Shown: piece by piece, positions 1-12,479 of the stretch
Layout: each line of letters opens with the position of its first letter
How positions within the stretch are numbered: position 1 is the stretch's first letter
Origin: Eukaryota sp. TZLM1-RC
Lineage: Eukaryota; Protista; Metamonada: BaSk clade
DNA length: 64,000 nt
NCBI GenBank assembly: GCA_040285825.1
Contig: JAUPSS010000001.1
Coordinates: 2,604,001-2,668,000 of the forward strand
Direction: 5' to 3'
Notes under the pieces: model-generated
What the model saw: only the letters and a program-made list of their open reading frames with translations
Told to the model about the DNA's origin: nothing
The model's database searches: none
Translations under genes and position numbers: made by a program

Positions 1-732
1 TCTATTCCAGTGAATGAATTGATTGCTGAACTTCAAAGCTTTTGGGAACCCGAAGTTACCAATGCTTATGGAAAAAAGAATAGAAGAAGGTTTTGACCAT
101 ATATTCCCACTGAAGAAGTAGATAACCACACTGTGAGATTCGATCCACAACTATCCATCGTTGGCAGAATGCTGACTTCTGCAAACTCGTTCTCATTCAA
201 TGAATCACTCATAGTACATGTTTTGAGAAAAATTATATTCAAATGAAGGGTGAAGTCGATAACGCATTCAGGTTGCACCCCTTTTTGAATATTGCACCTT
301 GCTGACAAAATTTGAAATATCAAGATAACTGATTCATATACACATACATTTTTATTGAGGTATTAACTCACTAGGATTAAACAGCATTAAAGAATCGAAC
401 CTATTGATAATCAAAATCAATGTGATTTCTCATTTTTCTTGAAGTGAGGAAATGGCAAACATTGTTTCAAAAGTTTGGAATCAATTTCGGGTGGTTCTGA
501 AGATGAGAAGCAGCATGCATTGATGATTGAGAGTGTTCACCAAAGGTATCTTCAGAGTCATAAAAAGGGGAGTTACGACGTGATGTCTCAGAAAAGGTTT
601 CCTGACTAGGCTTAGGAAGAGTGTGAAAAGCTTCTCAGGGTGAAGAGGCAATTAGCGTGTCAGACATTTATCAGTGAGATTTTATTGACACTTCACATTC
701 TTAACAACACAAAACAACAAAAGATAAAGGAT

Positions 733-762
733 AACGAGGTAACGGACTCAGTTCCCACCTCC
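733..762 (+). repeat. Short remnant homologous to the internal repeat region of the LTR element at 42908-44334
   Basis: aacgaggtaacggactcagttcccacctcc matches 43182-43211 at 25/30 positions by manual alignment. Confidence 0.5.
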
Positions 763-1926
763 TCATCCAGCCTGTTCTTCACAAAAAAGCAAAGTTCTGC
801 ATGCTGAACTCTTCAATCGGGAACGGTCGTCCTGAATTGTAGAAATCAACAGAAGGTAAGAGCCTCAGTTTCCAAACGGAATCGTCATTCTGCCTTCCGT
901 GGGGGGTAGAGTATTGCACTTCTTTGTGTCATGATGTGAGGGCTGTGGGTGCTGTGGAATCAGCCATGTTTTATAGTCAATTTAGATAGGTGCTGTGTTA
1001 TTGTTTGTCGTGTGTTTTGAGTTGTTATTTTGATGTTGTTGAGTTTGTTGATTATGTTTATAATTTATGTTTTAAATTCAGTAGCTTAAACATCAACATT
1101 CCAAAGCTAGATAAAATTAAAATTAAAATAAATAAAATTCAAACATCATAGACAATTTTCGAGTGGAGGCAATTTTTCAGTATTTTTTAGTTTTCGCATC
1201 AATAAATGAAGGAGACAAGAAAGAATGTTCTGCAACTGTATAAAGGCTAAAAAAGCACAAGTTTCGCAAAAACTGTTAATTTTTTTATTTTTCCAACCCT
1301 AAAATTTGTCATAAACTATCCATTTCTTTGTAGTACAATATTTCAAAAACTTGTTGCTTGGACGATTCACTTTATTTAAGTGTTTAAATCAAGAGGAGAT
1401 TGATTGACTTGAGTAACAGATCAAATATCAAACTTGTAGATGCTCAAAGTACTGTAACTATTGGCTTTATGGACTGGGATGTAAAAACTAATCGGTACCA
1501 CATATAGGGCTGACAAGTCTTCTCAGAATAGTTGGTATCAAAATCTACTTGGTAGACCGAGTTGTCTGTAAGAGTTGTGTTACATATTAAAAGAAGATCA
1601 AGGATCAATACCAAATGGGATGTAAAGGAAAATGAGCCCAACATATACAAAAGGTTCAAACGAAAACGAAAAGGACTCGAAAATGTTTTACAGCTACAAG
1701 AAAGCAGAAATAAGATGATGGTGTTCAACTTTTGAAAACAAAATTTCACGAAATTCATGTAAGGAAATAATGATATATCAAATGGTGCCTTGTACATCCT
1801 GGATTAACATATTCATGACAATCCCTTTTTTCTGGAAAATGCACGCCAATATTAACAAAGATTTAAGTGTGTGGGAAAGAAGGTCGATGATGGACGGTTA
1901 TAATTTATTAGCACAAATAGAAACTT

Positions 1927-3246
1927 TTAGACAGTAGATTCTTTAAAACATTCTTCGTCTTTCTGATCCCCCTCATGTCGCCTAAACCACAAGAAATAAA
2001 CAAGCCAGCAGGTATACAGGGCCAAGAGGGACACAATGACGGGGATAAAGAAAAAAGAAGGATCTGACACTACAATAGAAACAACAAAAACTAAGAAAGC
2101 AACAAATTGAGAAAGACTTTGCTCAACACCACTGAGGATAGGACGATCTGTGACACTTGCGAATTTCTGGACAATTTGCACTTCAACGAGGGAAAAACCA
2201 TATAAACCAAACCTTCCCACAACAATTAACGAAATAAAACCAACTAAAAGGTAATAACTCCATTCAGAATTGAAAAGTGAATATATTAAAGCTACAAAAG
2301 CCATAGTTGTAAGGCAAACTTGCCAAGAATTAAACAAAAGACCAGTTTTCTTCAGTCCAAAATTCGGTTTTTGAACCAACTTTTTGAACCAAAACGTGCA
2401 ACTAATACCAAAAATAGCATTCAAAACACGGACTCCAGATAGAACCACAGGCTGTATACCTTGAGTAGCCAGGAATGATGTCATTAAGATTCCTTGTGGA
2501 CTGAGCACTGTGGCATATAACAAACTATGAGCAAGAAGAACAGGCCATAAAGGATGTCGAACAGAGAGTTTTAAATCACTTAATAATTGAGAGAGCCTAT
2601 TTTGATATTCTTTTGGTTTCGACGTCTCAACACAGAGCTTTTCCTTATGCGTCCTATGAAGTGAAGCAAGTAGAATCACCTCTGGAATAAATGAAATAAT
2701 GTTCAATGCAGCAACAGAATAAATAGCAAAATCAGACCCTACAAGAAACAATAAACTAACCAGAATTGGAGAAAATATTTTTGTACCAAGATCAATTCGG
2801 GCCATTGCAGAGTTGGCAACTGTAAGATCATCAGAAGTAACAATCAATGGAAGCCAATCTCTTATAACCGATATATCTGCTCCTTTGCTAGTGAGGGTGC
2901 TCAAAGCCTCAGAAATCGATATGAGAACCAGGACCATCCAAATGAGAGCGGCACTAATGGTGAAAGAACTGAGTACAAATAGACAAATGAAAGACATTAA
3001 AACAGCCAGACTTTGCATCCCCACAAAGAAGACAACAGACTTGATTCTTGACTTTTGGCGTGATATGAACGATCCTACATATGGGAATCCCACCATGCAG
3101 AAGAAGGCCTCAAAGGCAGCGATCATGGCTGCTCCACTGAGATTCTGGGGGAAAAAATCAGCTAAGGCCAATGGGACGACCATGTCGAAACATCGGTCGC
3201 CAAACTTAGTAAGGAAGACAGCTAGATATAGTTTAAAGAGAGACAT
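1927..3246 (-). CDS. Ferroportin (SLC40) family MFS metal exporter
   Basis: Multi-TM ORF with FLTKFGDRCFD, RDWLPLI, NSAMARIDL and GRFGLYGFSL motifs typical of ferroportin; first ATG at 3246 (ORF track starts at an upstream non-ATG codon). Confidence 0.85.
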   Translation of the reverse strand: MSLFKLYLAVFLTKFGDRCFDMVVPLALADFFPQNLSGAAMIAAFEAFFCMVGFPYVGSFISRQKSRIKSVVFFVGMQSLAVLMSFICLFVLSSFTISAALIWMVLVLISISEALSTLTSKGADISVIRDWLPLIVTSDDLTVANSAMARIDLGTKIFSPILVSLLFLVGSDFAIYSVAALNIISFIPEVILLASLHRTHKEKLCVETSKPKEYQNRLSQLLSDLKLSVRHPLWPVLLAHSLLYATVLSPQGILMTSFLATQGIQPVVLSGVRVLNAIFGISCTFWFKKLVQKPNFGLKKTGLLFNSWQVCLTTMAFVALIYSLFNSEWSYYLLVGFISLIVVGRFGLYGFSLVEVQIVQKFASVTDRPILSGVEQSLSQFVAFLVFVVSIVVSDPSFFFIPVIVSLLALYTCWLVYFLWFRRHEGDQKDEECFKESTV

Positions 3247-3717
3247 GGTTCCAGTCAAAAACGGTTGCCGAATCAACCAAAACTTTGACCTCAGAATGTA
3301 AAGCAAAAGTTTCAGCAATTCTATCGACTTCAGAAATCTTTTAGACCAAATAGGTGCTTCTATGATAATCCAAGATGGAGGGTTCAGAACATTTAAGATA
3401 AATTAATAGATTCATTTCTTAAAATATAATAAATAGGTGTATTTGTTGGGCTCCGAACAACTTTTACAAATAGTGAGAAAACGTAAATGCTTTTTGTAAT
3501 GTACATCAAGGTAGAAACAAATTCAGTAATATGGTGTCAAACCCTAAAAAGCGATAAAACCAAAATGATTGCGATTAGATGTTTGAATTGATGACGCCAG
3601 TAATTATATTTATCGATGTTGCAATTGAAAAAATAAATAAATAAATAACAAAGAACAACGATCTTAAATAATCCATGTCCAACAAGCAAATGGAAAAGCA
3701 AAATAAAAGAACAAATC

Positions 3718-4044
3718 CTACTGCTCCCTCCACTGAAACTGACATTCAAAGTTTGTGCACTTGTAAAAGATAGAACTAGGTTCATCAGCTGACCTGGTCT
3801 GTATCTGCATAAAGAAAGCAGTGGTGTTGGAACAACTAGGACAGTGTGCTTCTGTCTGGTCAACGTTCTCCCAAGCCTTAGCTCCACCCAACACATCATC
3901 AACCTTCTTGGCATCAAAGTGTATAGTGCGGCAGTGTACATCTTCTATTGAATGAATGTAACAGCACGTAGGACAGACAAAACGGTTAAGTCCATTTGCT
4001 GAGGACAGAACAAGCATATTGCAGCACATTGGACAGAAAAGCAT
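3718..4044 (-). CDS. RPC11: RNA polymerase III subunit C11 (RPC10/POLR3K)
   Basis: MLFCPMCCNML N-terminal zinc ribbon, VDDVLGG..AWENVD linker and TFIIS-like QTRSADEP C-terminal ribbon; ATG at 4044. Confidence 0.93.
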   Translation of the reverse strand: MLFCPMCCNMLVLSSANGLNRFVCPTCCYIHSIEDVHCRTIHFDAKKVDDVLGGAKAWENVDQTEAHCPSCSNTTAFFMQIQTRSADEPSSIFYKCTNFECQFQWREQ

Positions 4045-4423
4045 GTGGAAATAAGAGGGTTGTGTATGGTGTGGTGTATAGGTGCTGGTGTAAACTATGA
4101 GATTGATTAGGAACAAAAAAATTGACAAACGATTTGTTGTAGCTGAATATTGCATATGAGCAAATAGTATTGGGCAATGTTTGCATCTGTTCCTCTTGCT
4201 GAGGTGTTCAAAGTGATTATTGTAAAAACTGAGCCCAAATCTGATGCTTGGTTATATGTGTAACCAATCAAATGATTTAAACTTGAATATGAAGGGTTAA
4301 ACATCCAATGGATGTCAATTATCAAGGTTAAAAAAGCGAGAAAACATACATTATTACAAGGTAAAATGTGATTTACAATCAAGACAGTTGTTGGTATAAA
4401 TAGTGCCTTAAACAGGCACACTA

Positions 4424-5848
4424 TTATTTAAATAACATAAAAATAGACAAAAAGAATCCAAAGATACCAAAAACCATTACAGTATACGGAAATACTGGAT
4501 GGCGAAGAAGGTCATAATCAGTAGTGGAATACTCTTGACCAATTGCCATTTGCTTACACAGCTTTCTGCTTTTTAATACAGCAAGCGGTGGAATACAAAA
4601 GCATATAAAAAACCCAAATAAACCACCAATTTCAGATATCAGAGCTACAGGCAATCTGGTGGCAGCCAAGAGTAGTGGAGGGAGGGAAGCAACTAACCTA
4701 CTGATAACTATATGTTTCTTCTTATTCTCATCTCCATAGCCAGCTAATAGAGTGTTGGCGAGCGTAACAGCGCCAAGAGGAAAAGCCGATATTATATCAA
4801 CGGGAGGAAAGCATGCGACAGTGTAAGAAAGAATGAGAGCCCATGTAGGTGGATTGTCATAGCCTCCAGTGTACCTAATCCATTCAAGCGACATAATTGT
4901 CCGGATTTCCTGACCAAAAACACGAGTTGCAATAATGGAAACGACAATGTAGAGCGTGCAAGTAATCACCAAAGCAAAAGAGAGTACCCTAGCGATGTGT
5001 TGCTTCTTTCTACAAGGAGAGGATAATGAAGGGACCCCGTGGTGAATCACTTGAGAGAGAATGACTGTTCCAAACAGCATGCCAAATCCTGAAGAATCAA
5101 ACATTGGTACAGGAGTGACGTCAGTTATCTTGTGGGAGGAGAACTTTCCAGTCACCATGGCAATCACACAAGTTACTATGATTATAACAACTACAATTCC
5201 CCTAAAAAATGTAAGGAAATACTGCACAAAAGCTTGCTCTTCTAAATTTTTCAACGACATAGTGACAGCAACAACAGAGAAGCAAACTAACCAAAAGAAA
5301 TATTGGCTAAGGCATGAATCACTGTAGCCTTTCCCATTGGCATCACAGAGAGAGTGTGCAAAGAAGGGTAGATCGATCAAATGGGTGAAGGAAACAGAAA
5401 AAACGGATGTGAAGTTCCATAATACAGCAACTTCAAAAATAAAAAACAGCCACTGGTAAATGACCTTAGCTTTCGTTGAAAACAAAATCTCAAGCGTTTC
5501 ATTGATTTGAAGTGATTTTGTCATGTATAAATGGGCCTTTGGTAAATCAAAGTACGTCAACTCGCCAGATTCATGACGGAAAAATCTTTTGATGGCAATG
5601 GCCCGTGTCATGCTTTCACAGAGGAAATACAAAGAAAGGATACAAACCAAGGTAACAAGAATAATGAAAACACTGGATAAGAGCCATCCCGCATGAGCAA
5701 CAGCTCTTGGTAGAATAACGAGAAGTACTCCAATGTTGAAGTTGAGGCAAAGGAACAGAAGGGTTGGGTAGCCATATGTAGACTGCTGCAGAGACGACTT
5801 CTTGTCTACCAAAGGCACGTTAATCAATGAGTTGTCGGTGCTTGTCAT
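4424..5848 (-). CDS. Amino acid transporter (Aa_trans / TMEM104-like)
   Basis: About 11 hydrophobic segments; NFNIGVLLVILPRA, HHGVPSL and FPPVDIISAFPL motifs; first ATG at 5848. Confidence 0.8.
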   Translation of the reverse strand: MTSTDNSLINVPLVDKKSSLQQSTYGYPTLLFLCLNFNIGVLLVILPRAVAHAGWLLSSVFIILVTLVCILSLYFLCESMTRAIAIKRFFRHESGELTYFDLPKAHLYMTKSLQINETLEILFSTKAKVIYQWLFFIFEVAVLWNFTSVFSVSFTHLIDLPFFAHSLCDANGKGYSDSCLSQYFFWLVCFSVVAVTMSLKNLEEQAFVQYFLTFFRGIVVVIIIVTCVIAMVTGKFSSHKITDVTPVPMFDSSGFGMLFGTVILSQVIHHGVPSLSSPCRKKQHIARVLSFALVITCTLYIVVSIIATRVFGQEIRTIMSLEWIRYTGGYDNPPTWALILSYTVACFPPVDIISAFPLGAVTLANTLLAGYGDENKKKHIVISRLVASLPPLLLAATRLPVALISEIGGLFGFFICFCIPPLAVLKSRKLCKQMAIGQEYSTTDYDLLRHPVFPYTVMVFGIFGFFLSIFMLFK

Positions 5849-7158
5849 AACGAAAAAGTGATTTTGAATGAAATTCAACAATTGAACTATTTTAATTTAT
5901 TCCACCGAGAATCTAAAAAACAAAAAATTTCAAATTCGGAATCTTCTTATCCCATATCAGCCAAACAGAATTGATTGGAAGGTTTTCCTTCCCAAAAACG
6001 ACCTAGAAATAATAAAGCAGTAGAAAAAAGGGGACAACACTTTTAAAAATTGAAAGTATAATTTTGTTCTGCCAAAAAACATTTATCAAAAAAAATTTTC
6101 CTGTGCATTTTTTTACAGTATTCAAGCAATACCGTCAGAAAGGACTGTTTGTTTAATGTTGAGGGTTATGGGTTTGGACTCTTTTATAGTTCGAATCATT
6201 ATTTCATTTCATTCATACATGAAAAGCTGTATATCAAAACTGCTCAGCTTCAATGTTCAATGTTGTTTATTTAACAGAAAGTAATGAACAGAATGTGATT
6301 TACAAAGGGCAATGAGTGTATCTGCATATAGGTCAAGTTCAGTGAGCTACAAACAATTGTAGTCGCCCTAGCAGATTGGTGAATTGTTGTTATTCATTTG
6401 TTATTGTCCAATTATATTATTTGGTTGTATCATTTCTTATCAATAGTTGCTTATCGTTGCATTTCAATTTTTGAAGGATCAATCATTCCAAAAGCTATAA
6501 CGAAAACCGCCTGTCCAGAATCAACCTTTCTAATTCCTAATTACCTTTACTTAATTGCTCTATTCTGCTTGAAATTCACGTAGATCATTTTTTGATGAAG
6601 TAGAGTGATAAAAACGTCATGGATGGTGACTGAACAGTGTTGCTAATTGAATATATTATGGTGATTGTGATCAGTAAGTGGTTGTCTTGATATCAATAAA
6701 ATGCATTTCCTAATTAATAAACATTGTTAGAAAGAGTAATGTTTAACTTAAATGGTACAGTAGCACAAATATGCCACCACACTTTGTGATGTTTTTGTGA
6801 TATTGTGGTGACGTCACAAGTATGTCATTTCCTCCTCTTTCTGTTTGTCTTTTATTTCTAATTGATTCAATTTTTTTGTATCAAGCATTCCACTTTCCTC
6901 ACGTCATCTACTTCCAGATTATTAACAAATCAACTCACCGTCAAAATTTACTGAAAATGAATGATTCCAGTACCCTACTCCATTATTATCATACCGTATC
7001 CGTGTCTTAAAATTGGTTGTCCCACTTGCATCCTGTTGCAGAAGCCCTAAAATTCTATGCTGCCAGTATAATATGGTATGAGATAGTAAAATATAAGATA
7101 GTATAGTGTTAGTATAGTAGTATAGCCTTCTAACCGAATTTTCCATTTTGATGACATT

Positions 7159-7342
7159 TGATGACCTGCGACGGTTAGACATAGTGTACCTAAAAGCAAA
7201 TTAACTCATTACAAAGGCGAAAGGCTTTCCCTCGACCTACGCGCTAGAGCGCAATTGTACATTCAAATAGAATAAACTTAAACTATATAAACTATTCTCA
7301 ACTAATATAACAGTAAGGTATAAATATTATCCAGGACCAACA
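7159..7342 (-). repeat. 3' LTR (184 bp, TGTTG...CATCA)
   Basis: TG..CA termini, adjacent PPT, both ends similar to the LTRs at 34158 and 34363. Confidence 0.8.
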
Positions 7343-8930
7343 CCGTTCTTTTTCCTTTTCGAGCGTCGAGGCCTTGAAGGCGTAGGATTGATATTATTAT
7401 TACTACTAATGTTTTTACTACGACGTTTTCGGCGAGAAGGGCAAGAGCGAATATTAGTTAAAGACTTGGAGAATTTATTATAACCGGAAGTGTTCTGAAC
7501 AGTCAACACCAGTTCAGTGGTGATATGATTGCTTTGCCATTGAACTTGACAGTGATCACTATCCTGGCTGAGGACTTTCTGAATCACGTGCTCTTCGGCA
7601 TCATTGGCTGCAACCCAGGAGTGGAATTCATCAACTGCGAGTAAGCAGGAGTGCCAAGGATGTAAATGCTTCGCACTGGCTTTGACTACCATATTCAGTA
7701 CACAGGTTCTTAAGGTCAGCTGTGGAGGTAGACGGCGTATCTATAACAAAGAATGGTCCTTTGTAATTACCATGTAACTTAGCCGTGGAAGACAAAGCTC
7801 GCTTGACCAGTTGACCTGGAGAGAAAGGATCAACTTCAATTTAGAAATCATGAGGAGAAGCTTTGGAAGCTTGACGGCGCTGCATGTTGTTTCTTCTTCA
7901 ATCTAGTAAATTTAGATCGGATGTCGTTGATGTATGTTGACTCAGACGTTGAGCTTTCAAGGGTCTTTATGATTTTGCCGGGGTCAGTTCTGAGCCTAAA
8001 ATTTGAACCAAACATCAGCTCATATGGTGAGTAACCTGTTATCGAACTCTTAGAAAAATTGACCAAAAACTGTCCATATGGAATGTACTTTGACCATGCG
8101 TCGTAGGCATTAAAGTCAACGAGCAGCTTCCTCAAATTCTGCAAAATATCGCGGTGACGGCGTTCAACTGAACCGTTGGATTGCAACAAATGAGGGACGG
8201 ATTCTGAGATTTTTATACCCAGAAACTCACCTTGAGAGTCGAAAACAGCTTTGGAGAACTCAGCACCGTTATCACTATGAACTGAATGGAATCCCGAATA
8301 TGGCACACACCTTCCATATGAGTGCGTCAGCGTTCAAGTTGGCGTTTAGGTCTTTCAGAGGGACCATGATAGTAAAGCTCGTAAAGCTGTTCACAAATAC
8401 GAGAATAATTTTGTGGCCGTCTTGATCTTCAGAAAAAGGACCAATCACGTCGACGCTGACTCTAGCGAATGGTTTCTCAGCCGACATGGAACCAGTTGTG
8501 GGAACATGCTGTTTGGGGAATACTGCTGTCTTTTGACAGGATGGACATTCTAGGACATGCTTGGTCGTGTTTGAAAGCATGTCAGATCACCAGTAGTTGC
8601 TGTTCTTAAGTCTGAGGAGACTTCCTGCTTTACTGGGATGACAACCGTGCGAGAGTCTATGTAGGAGTTTTTGTTCGGACCTGATCTTGCAAAGCCACGC
8701 CTCAAAGAGTGGCAGGTCAATTGGAGCAATTATCTTGAAGGATGAAGACTCTCTCGGATGTATGGAGGTCTTATGGAAATCATCGAATCAGTTTGGGGTT
8801 CGATACTTAATGATTCAAATACAGTATCAGTATCGATAGGCTCAGGCTCAGTTTTTTTCAATTCAATAGGGTCATGCTTACTAGGAATAGAACTAGTGAT
8901 CTCATCATCTCTTCTGACCCACAATAACGA
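7159..8930 (-). mobile_element. 5'-truncated, frameshifted Ty3/gypsy LTR retrotransposon (integrase, GPY/F, chromodomain-like tail, PPT, 3' LTR)
   Basis: H..H..CPSC zinc finger, VSVDVIGP, HSDNGAEF and SNGSVERRHR (DDE), KGPF; polypurine tract GAAAAGGAAAAAGAACGG (7343-7360) abutting the LTR; upstream limit approximate. Confidence 0.88.
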
Positions 8931-10010
8931 ACTTGTATTGGTGGCGATTTATACTCTCTTGATTTTTCATTAAATCCTCTCTCAAAGGCCTATTTCTCCT
9001 GTGCTCTGGACCAAATTAGGAAGCTGTACTATCAAGTCTGCTGTCCTGCAATTACAGTCTTTGGTAGTCAGTGTTGTAGGTGAACCACCAACCCGTCCTG
9101 AAATCTCTATTGATATGAATAACAAGAGCTGCGTTGTAGCCAGGGATGAACCTGGGAAAGGGACAAGGGTTGCATGTATTCGAGAATAGATTCACTTCAT
9201 CATCAGCGAACCTTTTCTGAACCCCTTCATGAGGAGTCCTAAAATTACCCAAGACAATGCGTTGGGAATTGGAAGAGTCAACATTCATTATTGTTGTCCA
9301 AATTCTGAAAACTACACCACACCATTCTATGCTTACGCTGGCTTTTGCTTCTTCTATTTTATTTATGTTGAAAGCATTGTGGAACCGTTGTTGAAAAATG
9401 TTTTTTAACAGTATATTTCGAATGAAAATTCAATTACTTCAATTGAAGTCTCCAAAAATGTTTCAAAGTTAACAACAAGAGGGGCTGCAGATCCATGTAC
9501 ATTATACTACCATATACTCAAATTAACCATTACCACTGAAATTTGTTGATGACTTAGTCAGTTTTCTACAGTTTTGTTTTTAAAACAATTAAACCTTCCT
9601 CTTAACTGTTAGCTACTAATCTGGTTCCTGTTGTTAAACCAATTGATTGAATGAAGCCAGTTGACATTCGTCAAATCGTGGCTGGGAAACCTTTATCTTG
9701 TATGTTGGCTTCAAATGTATTCATTCGAAATACAGACAACGCATTTGAGCAGAGTTTTTGAATGCTTTACGTAGTTTCCGTATTAAAATAGTTTTAAAAC
9801 AATTTATCGCGCTTACGTTGCTGTTCTTGCTTCAGGTATGTTGTCTTTTTAAGTTGTAGTAGTATGATTGTATCTAGCATAGAAGAGTGAGTATTAGTGA
9901 AGGAATCAATGATACCAATGATGAAGCAGACTTGACAGTGTTGTTAATGAAGGTGTTTGGAAATATGTTTACGGAGTGTAGCATAAAGTTGAAAACAAAG
10001 TTTTAGTTTA

Positions 10011-10126
10011 ATTCGAATGAGAAATGGTAAATTGACCAGTCACCTCGCAACTTTCAATAAATTGACAATAATTTCGCTGAAAAAGTTGTCAGGTGACTTT
10101 TCAATTTGCCATTTCTCTATTCGAAT
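10011..10126. mobile_element. MITE-like element with about 45-bp imperfect terminal inverted repeats
   Basis: attcgaatgagaaatggtaaattgaccagtcacctcgcaacttt pairs with aaagttgtcaggtgacttttcaatttgccatttctctattcgaat; no clear TSD. Confidence 0.6.
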
Positions 10127-10241
10127 ATGCAATAAATTAGTTAACAAAATATACTGCCAAACAAAACTTTATCATTTATTGAGGAAAACACATTGATTTC
10201 AACAACAAGAAGATTCAAAACTGAACTGTTTCGTCAACTGA

Positions 10242-11771
10242 TTACCCATAACGTTCTTGAGCTGTCTTGTGACGTTGAACTTCAGTTTTTGCATTTTGAA
10301 TCTTTTCTCTTTGCTCATGGCGTTTGTTCCTGTTTTTAAGTTCCTTGAGCAACACCTGATCAACACCATTATGAGTTCTCATCACGAATTGGGGACCAAA
10401 CCGCACAGGTCTAAGATTTGCGTTACACGGGGAACGTTTGTTCGACCTCGATGCATGGACTCTATTTAGACAAAAGAGGGTAAACAGATGAAGAACAGCT
10501 GCTACGTGGTAGATCATAGCAGTTGAAGCAAGTCCTTCGTTGAAATCGACTGTCACTTGTTCGTGAAAGCCGTCGAAACCTTTTGTTATTGAAGTGAAGA
10601 ATGTCTCGATAATCGATTTCAGCTCATCTTGGCCTTGAGGTATATCAAATAACTCAACTATATGATTGACAAGCGAAGATATCTCGGTTCCATTTAACAG
10701 AAAGCTGTATACTGTCGCAACAATTCCAAATTCTGAAACAAACTTTTCTTGGTTATTTTCCATTCCACTAAGGTCGTTCAAAAGCACTGCAGTGAGTGTG
10801 AACGTAACCCCAAGGAAGCTGACAAGAAGTAATGACATTGTCAGCAAGTGTTTCGTTATGAAGTACCCAAATGCTGTTTTGAATACAGTACGGGCGCTAC
10901 TGTTTAAAAAGATATAAAAGAACAGCATAAATGTCATGACTATCAGGGTGAATGCGCTCCCAATAATGGAGACTTTTGAAACCTGTAACACGTTAACGAA
11001 GAAGCCAGACCAACTATGAAGAGCGGATCTATTGGCTACAGATATGTTTGGTAAATCTCTCTTGTGCTCTTTCCACTGCTTAAGAGTACTTTTTGTCTCT
11101 TCATCAGTAACGTTTCCAATGAGAGACTCAATTTTCGCAATTCCCACAGTTATTGATTCTTCGTAAGTATTAAATGCATTGGCGAGTATCATGTCAGCTT
11201 TTGAATGGGCTGTCTCTACTTGTTCAACTACGTGATCCATATTACCTACACTGAGCAGGACTGTACCAGTCAAAATGATTGTCATTGTTAATAGCACCAC
11301 CATTCGTGACCTTTTTGGTACAGATTCATCAGCGGGGAGCTTGAAACAACAAAAACAGTAATTGAGAGTAATAATCCTGAAGGAAATGAACATTAGAGTC
11401 AGCAATACAAAGGAGATACCAATCAACAAGCAAATTAAAGGAACGATTGTTGTTGATAGAGCACCTTGGATGTACTGATAGTCGATTGACTGTGGTAGTT
11501 GAAGCTCTGAAGTATGGAGAGGTGCTGTGTACAATGCAGAAGCCCTGCCTAGTTTAAGGGAGAATTCGGATCCATGAAGAGTCTCTCTACTGAGAATGGT
11601 GAATCTAGGAGGTATCAACAGCGGTATATGGAAAGGAGGGATGTAGATGGGTGTTTTGAGGTTTAGATCAAACCTAGAATTCACGAAAGGGAGTACAGGT
11701 AACTTTCTTGGAGTGGGAATTCCCAGTGTAAAGACAGTAAAGAAGCAGAGTAGAACCAGCAGCCGCATCAT
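10242..11771 (-). CDS. Uncharacterised membrane protein (signal peptide plus about 5 TM segments with helical loops)
   Basis: About 510-aa open frame with hydrophobic N-terminus MMRLLVLLCFF and charged C-tail; family not recognised. Confidence 0.7.
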   Translation of the reverse strand: MMRLLVLLCFFTVFTLGIPTPRKLPVLPFVNSRFDLNLKTPIYIPPFHIPLLIPPRFTILSRETLHGSEFSLKLGRASALYTAPLHTSELQLPQSIDYQYIQGALSTTIVPLICLLIGISFVLLTLMFISFRIITLNYCFCCFKLPADESVPKRSRMVVLLTMTIILTGTVLLSVGNMDHVVEQVETAHSKADMILANAFNTYEESITVGIAKIESLIGNVTDEETKSTLKQWKEHKRDLPNISVANRSALHSWSGFFVNVLQVSKVSIIGSAFTLIVMTFMLFFYIFLNSSARTVFKTAFGYFITKHLLTMSLLLVSFLGVTFTLTAVLLNDLSGMENNQEKFVSEFGIVATVYSFLLNGTEISSLVNHIVELFDIPQGQDELKSIIETFFTSITKGFDGFHEQVTVDFNEGLASTAMIYHVAAVLHLFTLFCLNRVHASRSNKRSPCNANLRPVRFGPQFVMRTHNGVDQVLLKELKNRNKRHEQREKIQNAKTEVQRHKTAQERYG

Positions 11772-12479
11772 GTACCAAAGCACCAAAGCTACGTTGCCAA
11801 GCAAATGTATTGAAAGTCTACAGTTCCAAACCAATGAACCAGCTACATCTGAACCATTCTTCCTTCATCGTACTTTATGTAGAATATGTCACTATATGGA
11901 GCTAGAGAGAGTGACATTTGAACCAATGTTAATTATTATTAGATTCAACTTTAATGAATTGCCGTTGATTGTTTATTTATCTAATTTACAAATTTGAATT
12001 AAAAAATGATTGATCGTTAGATCTCTATATCGACTATAGCGATTATGAATACTTCAAAGCACGAATTAACAAAGTGACCACCTCTTCATCATTCAAAGTG
12101 TCAAGTTGGTTCAATAGCTTGCCAATTGGTTCAAATCATAACGCAAAATTCTTTCTTCTGTGGAGTTCGCTAAAATGTGTTCCTAATTGAACCATTCGAT
12201 TGTATTTTCTTCATAAAGATTGTGCTGAATTATATAAATTCGAAAGAGTGCATTATTGTAAAATTTGATTGTATTTTAGTTTTGCTATCAAGTAAATTAA
12301 ATAAATAAATGATTGTATTTATATTATAACATGGCTTTCGCTACTTTCGTTAACTAATGCTTAGTTTACACAACTTCAGTTGTGTATCAACATACAGTAC
12401 CTCACAAGGTGTATAAGAAGAATCAGTTCTGGTTATATTATTTTCCTTTTCCTAAGTGAGTTGGTAATGACTGCTCTCT

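Noticed and set aside
1-700. Coding-like stretch at the window start
   Set aside because: Multiple stops in all frames and no recognisable motif; cannot be assigned
2813-3301. Antisense and nested ORFs in the track (for example 2813-3301, 25517-25939, 33434-33835, 49404-49805)
   Set aside because: Shadows of well-supported genes on the other strand or frame, with no motifs of their own
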